A stretch of 64,000 nucleotides of DNA from Mobula hypostoma (taxonomy: Eukaryota). Under the pieces are notes generated by a model. It ran no database searches. It was not told the DNA's origin and saw nothing but the letters and a program-made list of their open reading frames with translations. The position numbers were made by a program, and so were the translations under genes. The stretch spans positions 31,746,001-31,810,000 of the forward strand of contig NC_086109.1 in assembly GCF_963921235.1 (NCBI RefSeq), written 5' to 3'. Shown one piece after another: positions 25,830 through 38,698 of the stretch; position 1 is the stretch's first letter, and every line of letters begins with the position of its first letter.

Positions 25830-27222
25830 AAATAGGAAAACAACAATGAATTACAGGCCAGTGAGCCTGACATCAGCACTGGGAAATTTATTTGAAGGTA
25901 TTCTAAGGGACCGGATATATAACTGGATGACCAGGTAAACATGCACAGATTAAGGAGAGTCAACATGGCTTTGAATGTGGTAGGTCATGTCTAACCAATC
26001 TTATATAGATTTTTGAGGAAGATAGCAGGAAAGCTGATGAAGGAAGAGCAGTGGAGGTTGGCTACATGGACTTTAGCAAGGCATTTGACAAAATCTCGCA
26101 TGGGAGGTTGGTCAAGAAGGTTCAGACACTTGGCACTCATGATGAGATCGTAAACTGGATTAGATACTGGCTTTGTGGAAGAAGCCAAGGAGTGGTAGTA
26201 GATGGTTGCCTCTCTGACTGGAGGCCTGTGACTAGTGGAAGGGATCAGTGCTGGGTCTGCTGTTGTTTGTCAGTTAAATCAGCAATCTGGATGATAATAT
26301 GGTTAACAGGATCAACAAATTTGCAGATGACACCAAGATTGGGGGTGTACTGGACAGCGAAGAAGTCTATCAGAGCTTTCAGCAGGATCTGGACCAGCTG
26401 GAAAAATGGGCTGAAGAATGGAGGAAGGAACTTAATGCAGACACGCCAGTGATAATAAGCATGATTCTGATTCTGTTGTACTTCAGTAGGTCGAACTAGG
26501 GTAGATCTTACAGAGTGAAGGGTAGGGCACTGAGGAGTGCTGTATAACAAAGGGATCTGGGAATACAGATCCATAATTTATTGGAAGTGATGGCACAGAT
26601 TGATAGGGTTGTAAAGAAAACTTTTGGCACATTGGCCTTCAGAAATCTAAGTATTGAGTACAGGAGATAAGATGTGTAGTTGAAGTTGTATAAGATGTTG
26701 GTGAGGCCTAATTTGGAGTATTGGGTGCCATTTTGGTCACCGACCTACAGGAAGGATGTAAATAAGGTTGAAAGAGCACGGAGAAAATTTACAAGGGTGT
26801 TACCAGGTCTGGAGGGATCTGAGTTATAAGGAAAGATTGAATAGGTTAGGACTTTATTCCTTGGAACGTTGAAGACTGAGGAGATATTTGATAGAAGTAT
26901 ACAAAATTATGAGGGGTATAGATAGGGTAGTTGCATGCAGGCTTTTTTCACTGAGGTTGGATGGGATTACAACTAGAGGTCATGGGTTAAAGGTGAATGA
27001 TGAAATTTTTAAGGGGAACATGTTGGAGAACTTCTTTACATAAGAGTGTGGAATGAGCTACCAATGCAAGTGGTGCACGCAACCTCGATTTCAACGTCTA
27101 AGAGAAGTTTAGAGAAGTACATGGATAGTAGGGGTATGGAGGGCTATGGTCCAGTTGCGGGTTGATGGGAAGAACTAAATGGGCTGAAGGGCCTGTTTCT
27201 GTGTTGTACTTTTCTAAGACTC
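25830..27222 (+). mobile_element. Degenerate CR1 (RT to 3' end)
   Basis: YMDFSKAFDK and KFADDTKIGG in short ORFs; CR1 3' stem GGGCTGAAGGGCCTGTTTCTGTG. Confidence 0.9.
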
Positions 27223-28177
27223 TTTAATATTCTCTGCCATTAAACATCTTTTGAACCTTTGATAGCTGAGGTACTCAATTATCAGCTGAAACTCTGTGGA
27301 AATGATATAAAAATGTTTGTTTCACTCTTGGGCTTTGATGCATTTTTACTGAAGTTACATTCATTAACTCAGAAATCCCTTCTGAAAATTCCAGACTTTG
27401 GTTTAAGTGTGATTCAAGTGCCCACTCCCCAAGATAACACAGTTTTAAAGATGAACAAAAGAACACATTATATAGCAAAATTTTTGCATGAACATTGAAG
27501 TAAGAGCAAAGTGATGAGTCTTCTATTGAAAACAAAAGCCCTAATAGATGAACTTCTTAATTAAGTTAATTCAATGGGCTTTGCCTCATGAAAACCAATT
27601 AAAGGTAAAAGGAATTAAAGTGAATCAAATTCAGATGAGATAGCCTACTGGTTAAATTGAACCTGACATTAAAAAGAACTCTTCAAGAATCTAATAAACT
27701 ATTATTTTCTCTTGAAAGAGGACTATTTTCAATATATTGGGGACAGAGGGAGAATGAATACAAGAAAATCCCAGGCTCCCTGGTAATTTCATTCAAGAGC
27801 TTTGTGGTAAGGAATAGAAGCAGAAAGTTGACCTAACTAACATTCCCAGAGGCACCACTTCACAAAAATGATACACAACAATGTAAAGAAATAGGTTAAC
27901 ATAGTATTGTGTTCCCTAATGTTAAACGATAGAACCTCATGAGATGAAATGAATAATAATAGAATAAAAGAATAGAACAGGCAAAAGCTACAAAGTGAGG
28001 TATTCAAAGGATCACAAATTCCACCAATATAAGCCCTGAACTTACTATTCTCAATATTAATAATATATTACAAAAGATATGACATTCAGTTATTCACAGT
28101 TTTAATACAAATATGAATTTTTAATAGGTTAATGATTTCACTGAAATAGAAAACTGGTGAATGTTATAAATATGAAA

Positions 28178-28710
28178 TAAGACAATAAGACCACACGACA
28201 TAGGAGCAGAATTAGGCCATTCAATACATCAAATCTGCTCTGCCATTCCATCATGGCTGATTTATTTTCCATCTCAACCCCCATTCTTTGGCTTTCTCCC
28301 CATAATCTTTGATGTCCTCACTAATCAAGAAACTATCATTATCCACTTTCAATATATCCGATGACTTGGCTTTCTCAACCCTCAGTGGCAATGAATTCCA
28401 TAGGTCCACTACACTCATGCTATAGAAATTTCTCCACATCTCTGTTCTAAAAGGACATCCTTCTATTCTCAGCTGTGCCCTCTGATCCTAACTTCTCTCA
28501 CTATTGGAAACACCCTCTCCATGTCCATTCTATCTTGGACTATCTAAGCTTATCTAGGTTTCATTGAGTTCCATCCTCGTTCTTCTAAACTCCAGTAAGC
28601 ATACGCCTAGGGCCATCAAACGTGCATCCTACATTAACTCTTTCATTCCTGGGGTCATTCTAGCAAATCTCTTCGGAATGCTATCCAATGCCAGCTCATC
28701 ATTTCTTGCT
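28178..28710 (-). mobile_element. CR1 3' fragment
   Basis: VVDLWNSLP peptide in ORF 28251-28439; ATAAGAC-type tail. Confidence 0.8.
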
Positions 28711-28789
28711 TAAATTGCATGGTTAATGCTTGGAAAGCATATTTTTGCTTTATGTGGTCATTCCATTTCTACTCATAGTATCAAATTTA

Positions 28790-29041
28790 GATATTAGGGT
28801 TTTGGGACCAGAGCCAAGGGTCAGGCTGGCTCTGCTCGTTACTCTGTTCTTCACTGCACTGAGGCTGAACCGGTGGGCTTGGTCTGCCTGCTCTGGGCTT
28901 CATGTCTGCAGACTCCATGATGTTTACTTCACTACATTCTGCACTGACGCTATGGGCTGTGGGCCTGCACTGCGCTTCATGTTTGAGGACTCACTTTCAT
29001 CTTAAATGCTATTTGCTTACTTTTATTGCTTGAACGGTTTG

Positions 29042-29086
<45 letters not shown>

Positions 29087-29225
29087 CATATTGTGTGTCT
29101 GTCAGTCTTTTTTCATTGGGTTCTTTTGGGTTTCTTTTTTTGTGGCTGACTGTAAGGAGATGGATTTCAGGGTTGTATAATATATACATACTTTTATAAT
29201 AAGCGTTCTTTGAACTTTGAACTTC
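28790..29225 (+). mobile_element. Non-LTR 3' UTR-like repeat ending in (TTGAAC)n
   Basis: Terminus shared with the elements ending at about 25660, 43510, 45400 and 47805. Confidence 0.6.
29045..29084. repeat. (TC)20 microsatellite
   Basis: Read directly from the sequence. Confidence 0.95.
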
Positions 29226-29924
29226 AATTACTGATGACCTAGGCCAGGTTCATCTAGATCCTTTCACCCAAAGAGATCCGTAATTTCCAACTCTTCTGTT
29301 TAAGTATAAGTTATTTCTTGAGAGCAGATCTTTCTGAACTCACTTTGTACTTCAATCTCCTTACATGATGAACTTACTATCATTCCAAGCATCTCCCACC
29401 TTTGAGAAAAATAGAAATACCTAAACACATTTTTCCACAGAAAGAAGCTGCATATTGTTGTACAAATATCATCCAAGATATAAAGTAGCCTAATCCTCTA
29501 CTCATACTCAGCTTACTTTGAACAGAAATTGTAAACTTAACATTTTGAAAGTAGACATTTTCCATTTTCTAACTTTGATTATGTGTTGTGTTAGCCTGCT
29601 TGCTTCAACTGGGATGTGGATTTGCATATTGGAATGAAAATTGGACAGGTTTCAGAATGGACAAATGATCCATTCTACTATGCATTGATCAGGTGAGGAG
29701 CCCAAAGATTGTCAAGAGTGTACTTTTTACTGAGGTTCCAATATGGTGCAGTGTAGTTTGATTCTGTTAATTTATATTGAACTTGTTTGTTATACTGTAA
29801 TTAACAAATATAAATCTATATTAATTTAATGGATAATATCGAACACAGTTTGGTCTATGTGCTCAGTTCAATTCTTACTGCTTTCAGAAATTATGAGTTG
29901 CTACTTAGTAACAGTTACCTTAGC

Positions 29925-30280
29925 CAGAATCTTACAGCACAGAAACAGATCCTTCAACCCAATGAGTCTACGCTAAGCATCAATCACTCAGATGCACTGG
30001 TCCCATGCTCGTCCATTCTTTTCTTCTCACATTCTCATCAGCTCCTGACATATTTATCACTCATTTATATATTTGAGAACATTTGCAGTGGTTAATTAAT
30101 CTATAAGCCCACACATCTTTGGAAAGTGGGATGTGGGATGAAACTGAAGTACCTGGAGGAAACCCATGGAGACACAGGGATAACGTGCAAACTCCACACA
30201 GACAGTACTCAGGGTCAGGTCCGAATCAAGGACACGGGAACTGTGAAACTACAGTTAGACTTGTTGTGCCATTGTGTTAC
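29925..30280 (-). mobile_element. Old V-SINE-like element
   Basis: GTGGGATGAAACTGAAGTACCTGGAGGAAACCCA...TGCAAACTCCACACAGACAG core. Confidence 0.7.
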
Positions 30281-30621
30281 AGACTTTTGGATGGGCTTGA
30301 TTTGTATGATCCCAATTTAGGCAAATTATTTGAAATCCAAGAAATAAATGATACGTTCCAATTTAGTTTATTTATCAATATTTAGGAACGGACAAATAAT
30401 TACCTGATATACTTCCATGCATAACCCATTTATGATCACCAATTATTGTTAACAAAGTTAAAGAGCTCTCACTCAAGAATTTTGAGTTCTTTATCTAAAT
30501 CTTGTGGTGTGTATTACAGAGCAAAATTGGGAAGATGAACTCTGTATGGCTGAATGAAAATCATTCTGGAAATTTCACCAAATTCTTGCAATACTATTGA
30601 TTTTTATGGCAGGTTAACCGA

Positions 30622-31010
30622 ATACACCCAACGGCCACTTTATTAGGTTCTTCCTGAACTGAATAAAGAGACCACTGAGTGGATGATCATAGCCTTAGCT
30701 ACTACAGCCCATCCACTTCAAGGTTTAACATGTACATTCAGAGATACTCTTCTGTACACCACTGTTGTAATGTGTGCAGGAGATCAGCAATTTCTGAAAT
30801 ACTCAAACCACCCTATCTGGCTCCAATAATCATTGCACAGTCAAAGATCCCATTTCTTCCCCATTCTGATGTCTGGTCTGAACAATAACTGAATCTCTTG
30901 ACTATGTCTGCATGCTTTTATGCATTGAGTTGCTCTCATATGATTGGCTGATTAGATATTTGCATTAACAAGTAAGTGTTCAGGGTACTAATAAAGAGGC
31001 CACTGAGAGT
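30622..31010. mobile_element. Tc1-type MITE
   Basis: TACACCCAACGGCCACTTTATTAGG and CTAATAAAGAGGCCACTGAG ends. The interior is reverse-complement similar to 11202-12517. Confidence 0.7.
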
Positions 31011-32711
31011 CTGCATGCAATGAAATCTTTTCGTAGGCCTGATGATTAAGACTGTTGTGGTATCAACTTCAGCTGATCACAGTAGTCTAAAAGTAGACAT
31101 GGGTCCATAACCAAAGGGTCTTCTTAAAACTGGGAGTTGTCATAATTTTAACAAATCTCTCACATTACACAGATAAGGAGCTTGGTCCATTATGCGCATA
31201 ACCAAAATCACAATGAACCTCTAATATTTGTTCTCGTAAATGATCTTACTCACTATTACAACAAAAGACCTACTGCATCTCAAATTTGGTTGACCACAGC
31301 CTTCAACATCAAACAGGAAACGTTTCATTGCATTATCACCTTAGGTCAGGAATGAAGAAGATGGGTTCCCCGCATAAATTTAGGCTATTACACATTCTTG
31401 GATGTTTCTCCAATGCCTTGTAAGTCTACAGTATTGTTTATGAATTTTTCATTTCAAAAAATAGTTTGAAGGCATAAGCAACAAATGAGCCTGTGGGAGA
31501 AGATTCCATCCACAGTCCATAAATGTCAATACATTTTTGAAAGTATAATTTCAAGAAAGATGAGCCCAACAGAATAAAATGACAGTATAATAAACATTCT
31601 CATCACTCTTCCAGGAGCTGTGACAGTTGTGGATAAATTAAAGAGTTAATGGAATGAGACAAGAAGGTTCATTTGTAGTCCAGTGGACATACAAGTTGGA
31701 GACACTGAAACACTGCTAATTTTTTTTCCTAACTTCAATATCTGATTGATGAATGAAACATGTTTGCAATATCACATATGCAATGTAAGAACTTTATACC
31801 TATTTAATCAGAAGCAACAAGTTTAATATACTACTTTAGCAACTCTTTTAGTGAGCATATTTGCATCATCTAATCATGCATTATCAAAATTGCAGAACAC
31901 TGTTAAAGATTCATTTATCTAAAATTTTGAGGCTGTTCTGAATTTCTTTGTAATTGCAAATACCATTTGTAGGATTCTTAATTAGAGGACATGGGTCATG
32001 GTAATTTTGTATAATTGAAATAATTAATAGCTCCATTTAATTGTGTTAAATGCTTTACACTTTGTTCTAATGATACAATTAAATGGTGTATCTACCATTT
32101 TCTAAACAGTTCCCATCTTGGACAATAAAATTACCTCTACTGCCAAATGGCACGCCCATGTGAAGTGGATCTTAGAATTAATTGTGCTGTCTTAATTAAA
32201 ATTGAGCAATTTGCTACAGAAGTGAATGTTGGTGCATTCTACATAAAATTGTGATATGAATGCTTTAGTCTTACAACCTTTGAGTCTTACGATAAATGGT
32301 CCTTAAAATAAGGAGCATAATAAGAGATTCATTAGTAATATCCAAAGACTAAGAGGAAAATATGCATGCTTTTCAAAAGAAGTAAATACAGTTACCATCT
32401 GCAAGCTTTTGAATAAATTAATGAATCTTCTATCTCTCAGAACAGGTTAATGAAAGACCTAATAAAACCTAAGTTCAGACATCATATAAATACGTCCATA
32501 AAATATAATATTTATTTTTTCTTGATTAAGTTAGGTGCTGCAAGAAGAATAAATGTCTATTGTTTTTTTTTTGATTCCTTAATCTATTCAGGTACATACG
32601 TATAAATTAGGAGCATCAGTGGGACTCAAATCTTTGAGTTGGATCTGCCTTCTGGAAAGTCATGATTGACTTGATTGTAGCCTAAATTTCACTTTCACTC
32701 TCACTTTCTGC

Positions 32712-33560
32712 TGAATCGGAATCAGATTTAGATTTATTATCAGTGACTTATGAGACTTACATGAGGTTTGTTGTTTTGCAGCAGCAGAGGGGAACAAAAG
32801 TAAATAAATAAATAGACCAAAAATAAAAGGGATGACAAGGTCTGTGGGTTCACAGAACATTTAGAAATCTGCTGATGGTGGAGTGGAAGCTGTTCCTGAA
32901 TATTTACAAATACAAGAAAATCTGTGGGTGCTTGAAATCCGAAGCAACACACACAAAATGCTGGAGGAACTCCGCAGGTCAGGCAGCATCTATGGAAAAA
33001 AGTAAACAGTCAACATTTTGAGCCGTGACCCTTCTTCGGGACTGAGAGGGAAGGGGAAGGGGGTTAGAGATCATTGAATATTTGAATATGGATATTTAGG
33101 CTCCTGTACCTCTTCATTATTGGTAGTAATGTGAAGAGGGCATATCCCAGATGAACAAAGGCCTTAGCAATGGATTTTTGAGGCAGTAACTTTTCACAAA
33201 CTTGCTGATCAAGAATCTGTCTAACTCCACCTGAAAAAATATTCATTGTCTCTGCTTCCACTCTCCTTTAAAGAAGAGTTCCAAAGACTTGCAACACAGA
33301 GCAATAATGTTGCCTTATCTCTTTCTTACTCCATTATTTTTAATCAGAGACCTAAGTTGTCCCACTTCCTCTGGATCCACCCTGTTAAAATCCCTTAGGA
33401 TCCTGCAGGTTTCGATCAAGTCAACTCTTACTTTTCTAAATTCCATGAACACAAACTTTTCTCATGAGGAATTCCAAAAATCACTTTAGTATATCACGTC
33501 TCAACAACTGCCATCGCATTTATGTCTTTCTTTAAATAAAATGAATAATATTGTACGCAT
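32712..33560 (-). mobile_element. Mosaic of a Rex-like 3' end, a PLE tail (about 32905-33060) and a CR1 remnant
   Basis: AATCAG-type tail, CAAAATGCTGGAGGAACTC PLE tail, and CR1-like EAETMNIF coding. Confidence 0.6.
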
Positions 33561-34807
33561 TGAGCTGAGCATTTATAAAACATGTGCACTTCTTTTCAGA
33601 ATATAACGTGACTAATTCTGGGCCCTGCACTTCACAGACAGCAAATGAGATTTTTCTCCTGTTACTAAAATCTGTGGTAAAAATCCAGCAGTTTGGGCTG
33701 CACCTTTCAGAATATCAGAACCAGAATCAGGTTTAATATCACCAGCATATGTTATGAAATTTGCTGTCTTTGTGGCAGCAGCACAATGCAATAGAAAATA
33801 TAAGTAACAGAGTCAATGGAATAGTTTAAAATAATTAAACATTTAAAGTTACCTTGGAGAAAACATTTCCAGATGTTACGGGATTTTATACACTGGTTAA
33901 AACAACTAGCAAAGTAATCAGAGGTAATATGGCATAAGATATATTAGGCACCAAATGGCCATGACTTGGAATGCATTGTTTTAATTTTCTTTTGATAATA
34001 GCATAACTGAAGGGGACAATTAAGGATTGTGTAGAAAGGGCTACAGGCTGCCAAGGAAATTTCCTGTCTGAGCTCATTCTTTACTGCAGATGCCATTTAA
34101 CAATCATCAGATTTTGTGGCTCCATACTCAAGTAAGGAAACATTGCTCTAATTGGATGATCGAATAAGTGAAGGTATAAGTGACTAGAACTTGTTCCAGC
34201 AATTACTGTGTGCAAACTAATGTTTCTCCGATCTGGGTGAGCTTATCATAATCTAAAAATGTAAAGTCCTGTGTCATGGCAAGGCCTGTGTGTTATAATG
34301 CCAACATGTGGGTAGCCTGGAGCAAACTCCGCCCAAGAAATGGTGATCAAAATCATCTCCTGCCATGTTTCGTGTTGGTCTGATGTAGGATTCATCCTCA
34401 CTGTATCTCGAACCAAAGTAGTGACAGATCTTTGAAATCTCTGTTATTAGTTTACACCTGTCTCCTTTAGGACACTTTGAGCAACACCTACTCATAGATG
34501 CACAGTTCCATGAAAATCAGTCCAATTATGAGTTATAGTACATGGCTAAAGTGATTGCTTGAGTTGAAGTACTTTTCACAATCCTGTCCTGAGTACATTT
34601 ATCAGTTCAGTCAAATATCTTGTTGCTCATTACATTTACACTGAAGCCATCTCAGCATCACTTTTGTTTTCCTACCTTTTTGCCACCTGGTTCGCGACAT
34701 TTATTTCCCTTCTCTTGGCCATTCATCATTTCTAACTTGGCTTTAGAGATAATTCCACCATTTTGTATTTCTATACATACTTTTCTGAAATTATATCCTA
34801 CAGGTTA

Positions 34808-36335
34808 GCACATGCAAAATGGAGGAACCCAGCAGGTAACAGCATCATCTATGGAGAGGAATAAACAGTCGATGTTTCGGGCTGAGACCCTTCATCAGGA
34901 CTGGAAAAGAAGGGACAGAACCAGAATAAGGAGGTGGGGCAGGGATGGAGTACAAGCTGACAGATGATAGGTAAATCCACCTGAATGGAGAGGTTGGTGG
35001 GTGGGGAAAGGTGAAGTAAGATGTTGAGAGGAGATAGATGGAAGAGTTAAAGGGCTGAAGAAGAGAGAATCTGTTAGGAGTGGAGAGTGGACCATGCAAA
35101 AGGGGAACGGGGTGGGGTATCAGAGGGAGGTAGTGGGCAGATGAAGCAAAGAGAAAGGATAAGAGGAGAGGTAGAATGGGAAATAGAAAAAGAGAGAAGG
35201 CGTAGGAGAGGAATATTACCGGAAGTTAACAAAAGCAGTGTAAGTGCTGTCAGGTTAGAGAATATCCATACAGAATAAGAAGTGTTTCTCCTCCAACCTG
35301 AGAGTGGCCTCTTTATGGAAAAAGAGGAGGCCATGGGTTAACATGTTGGAATGGAAGTGGAAAGTGGAAATAAAATAGTGGCCATAGGAAAACCCGCATT
35401 TTGTGGTGGACAGAGCGAAGTTGCTCGATGAAATAATCCCTCAAACTAGGTTGGGTCTCTACGATGTAGAAGAGGTAGTACTGGGAGCTCAGAAGCAGTA
35501 AATAACCCTGACAAACTCACAGACGAAGTGTTACCTCACCTGGAAGGACTGTTTGGGGCCCTGAATGGTGAATGCAAGATTAGGCCATTCAGCCCATTGA
35601 GTTTGCTCCACCATTTCATCATGGCTGTTTTATTGCCCTCTCAACACCATTCTCTTGCCTTCTCCGCATAATCTTAGATGCCCTTACTAATCAAGAACCT
35701 ATCAAACTCCACTTTAAATATACCCAATGACTTGGCCTCCACTGTTGTCTGTGGCAATGAATTCCAAAGGTTCACCACACTCTGGCTAAAGAAATTCCTC
35801 CTCCAGAGTGATTCCTGTAGAAAGCAGAGAGTGGGTGTGAGGGAAAATTGGTGGTAAGATCCCCTTGAAGATGGCAGAAAGTACAAAGAATTAAGTTCTG
35901 GATGCGGAGGCTTGTGATCTTATGCTGAGAACAGATACAGCAGAGATGGAGGAACTGAGAAAGTGAATGGCATTTTTATAAGCAACAGGGTGGGAAAAGG
36001 CACAGGCAAGATAGCTGTGACAGTCAATGAGTTTATAAAAGTTATCTGTCTTTAGAGATGGAGACAAGGAGATCGAGAAAGCGGAGAGAAGGCATCAGTG
36101 TAGCGCAGAAACGATTGGAGAGCAATAGCAAAGTAGGCTTGGAACATGGATTTTTCCATTTAGCCAACAAAAAATCAGGCATAGCTGGGGCGCAGTCAAT
36201 TGCCATGGTTACACCTTGGATTTGGAGTAAGTGGGAGGAGCTGAAAGAGAAATTGTTGAGAGTGAGGACCAGTTCTGCCAGATGGAGGAGAGTGGGGCTG
36301 GAGAGAACCGAAATATCCATTAGGATATTCTCCTG
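34808..36335 (-). mobile_element. Degenerate Penelope-like element with a CR1 3' end inserted at about 35595-35803
   Basis: PTLLHLAELVLTLNNFSF...QIQGVTM RT peptide (ORF 36042-36386), a GIY-YIG remnant near 35400-35570, and the PLE terminus at 34808-34905. Confidence 0.85.
34866..34903 (-). ncRNA. Hammerhead ribozyme motif (AUC triplet variant)
   Basis: Minus strand CAGTC-CTGATGA-AGGGTCTCAGCCC-GAAAC-ATC-GACTG. Stem I is perfect; the ACGT palindrome is changed to ACAT. Confidence 0.6.
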
Positions 36336-36928
36336 AGGTAGACAAGTCAACCGATCTCCGCTGAGAAAATTCTTTAAATTTAACAATACAATTTTCTGCT
36401 AACAATCTTGGCTCTGATAAGTAATTATAGACAGATTCACCCTGCTCCTTAATAAACTTAAAGAACAGGTAATAGTTTCTTCGTAGACAGTTTGTCAGTG
36501 TTTGCAATACATCTCATACATTGTCCAAGGACTTATTTGAAAGCTTTATAGTAAGTTACAGTTCTTACCCTTGTGATCATGAGATATAAAATCTGTTCTG
36601 GTTATCTGTGATAGCCTGAAATCATGTTGGGAACATTTCCCATTAAATGCTGGAGATCATGTGTTCTTATGGTGAAACTGGTTGGTCGCTAAAATTACTA
36701 CTTGGGTGCCCGAACACATAAGGATTTAAGGTCTAAACTTATTTAATTCTGGATGCAAGTTATAATGGTATAGATGCATATAGCTTGGAGTGAAATATGC
36801 AAAGCTCAAAGGGTTTTCTGAGGAAGATTAGGTTAAAAGAAAAACGTTCTGTGCATGCTTATCAATGATTTGAAATCATTAAATGTGACAGGAATATTGA
36901 ATTGCCTGCAGACTTTTTGCTGATTTTA

Positions 36929-37292
36929 GATCATAAGACCATAAGATCATAAGACAAAGGAGCAGAAGTCAGCCATTCGGCCCATCGAGTCTGCTCCGCC
37001 ATTTTATCATGAGCTGATCCATTCTCCCATTTAGTCCCACTCCCCAGCCTTTTCACCATAACTTTTGATGCCCTGGCTACTCAGATACCTATCAATCTCT
37101 GCCTTAAATACAGCCAATGACTTGGCCTCCACTGCTGCCCGTGGCAACAAATTCCATAGATTCACCACCCTCTGACTAAAAAAATTTGCATTTCTTTTTT
37201 GAATGGGCGCCCTTCAATCCTTAAGTCATGCCCTCTCGTACTAGACTCCCCCATCATGGGAAGCAACTTTGCCACATCCACTCTGTCCATGC
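36929..37292 (-). mobile_element. CR1 3' end
   Basis: CATAAGA-type tail and a CR1 3' UTR like those at 28200 and 35600. Confidence 0.85.
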
Positions 37293-37383
37293 TTAAGTAA
37301 TAGATTTTAAGTAAAATAGATTTTTATCTACATTATCTTTATCGGGAGTTGTCTATTCTGTGTGCCAGTATCATGATACCTGG

Positions 37384-38428
37384 AAACCATAGAAACCATA
37401 GAAACTACAGCACAGAAACAGGCCTTTTGGCCCTTCTTGGCTGTGCCGAACCATTTTCTGCCTAGTCCCACTGACCTGCACACAGACCATATCCCTCCAT
37501 ACACCTCCCATCCATGTATCTGTCCAATTTATTCTTAAATGTTAAAAAAGAACCTACATTTACCACCTCGTCTGGCAGCTCATTCCATACTCCCCCCACT
37601 CTCTGTGTGAAGAAGCCCCCCCTAATGTTCCCTTTAAACTATTCCCCCCTCACCCTAAACCCATGTCCTCTGGTTTTTTTCTCCCCTTGCCTCAGTGGAA
37701 AAAGCCTGCTTGCATTCACTCTATCTATACCCATCATAATTTTATATACCTCTATCAAATCTCCCCTCATTCTTCTACGCTCCAGGGAATAAAGTCCTAA
37801 CCTATTCAACCTTTCTCTGTAACTGAGTTTCTCAAGTCCCGGCAACATCCTTGTAAACCTTCTCTGCACTCTTTCAACCTTATTTATATCCTTCCTGTAA
37901 TTTGGTGACCAAAACTGAACACAATACTCCAGATTCGGCCTCACCAATGCCTTATACAACCTCATCATAACATTCCAGTTCTTATACTCAATACTTTGAT
38001 TAATAAAGGCCAATGTACCATAAGCTCTCTTTACGACCCTATCTACCTGTGACACCGCTTTTAGGGAATTTTGTATCTGTATTCCCAGATCCCTCTGTTC
38101 CACCGCACTCCTTAGTGCCTTACCATTAACCCTGTATGTTCTACCTTGGTTTGTCCTTCCAACGTGCAATACCTCACACTTGTCAGTAGTAAACTCCATC
38201 TGCCATTTTTTAGCCCATTTTTCCAGCTGGTCCAAGTCCCTCTGCAGGCTCTGAAAACCTTCCTCACTGTCTACTACACCTCCAATCTTTGTATCATCAG
38301 CAAACTTGCTGATCCAATTAACCACATTATCATCCACATTGATATAGATGACAAATAACCACATTGATATAGATGACAAATAACAATGGACCCAGCACTG
38401 ATCCTTGTGGCACACCACTAGTCACAGG
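37384..38428 (-). mobile_element. CR1, RT C-terminal half to tail
   Basis: ORF 37639-38418 reads KFADDTKIGG...RPNLEYCVQFWSP; (AAACCATAG)n tail. Confidence 0.95.
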
Positions 38429-38698
38429 ACAATTCAATTTGCAATGCAAACTTTTCTTCTTCACAGTCTCCATTCTTTACTCAGTTTACTTGCTTGGAAA
38501 CCTGATGACACACGGGCCTTAAGTGGTTCCAACAAATGTTCTCCTCATTAAATCATATATCTGGCATGTTCTCTGAATGGAATCACACTTAAGAAGAAGA
38601 AGAAAACATCCTAACCTGTGGTTAGAGGACTGTGTATATGCGAAGGAGGGTGGGTGTTTTGTTTCATTATTACTGCTTTGTTGTTTGGTACATCTGGC

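Noticed and set aside
34274..34495. Minus ORF with CCSKCPKG resembling a TNF-receptor cysteine-rich repeat
   Set aside because: The remaining cysteine spacing does not fit, and there are no convincing splice sites or partner exons.
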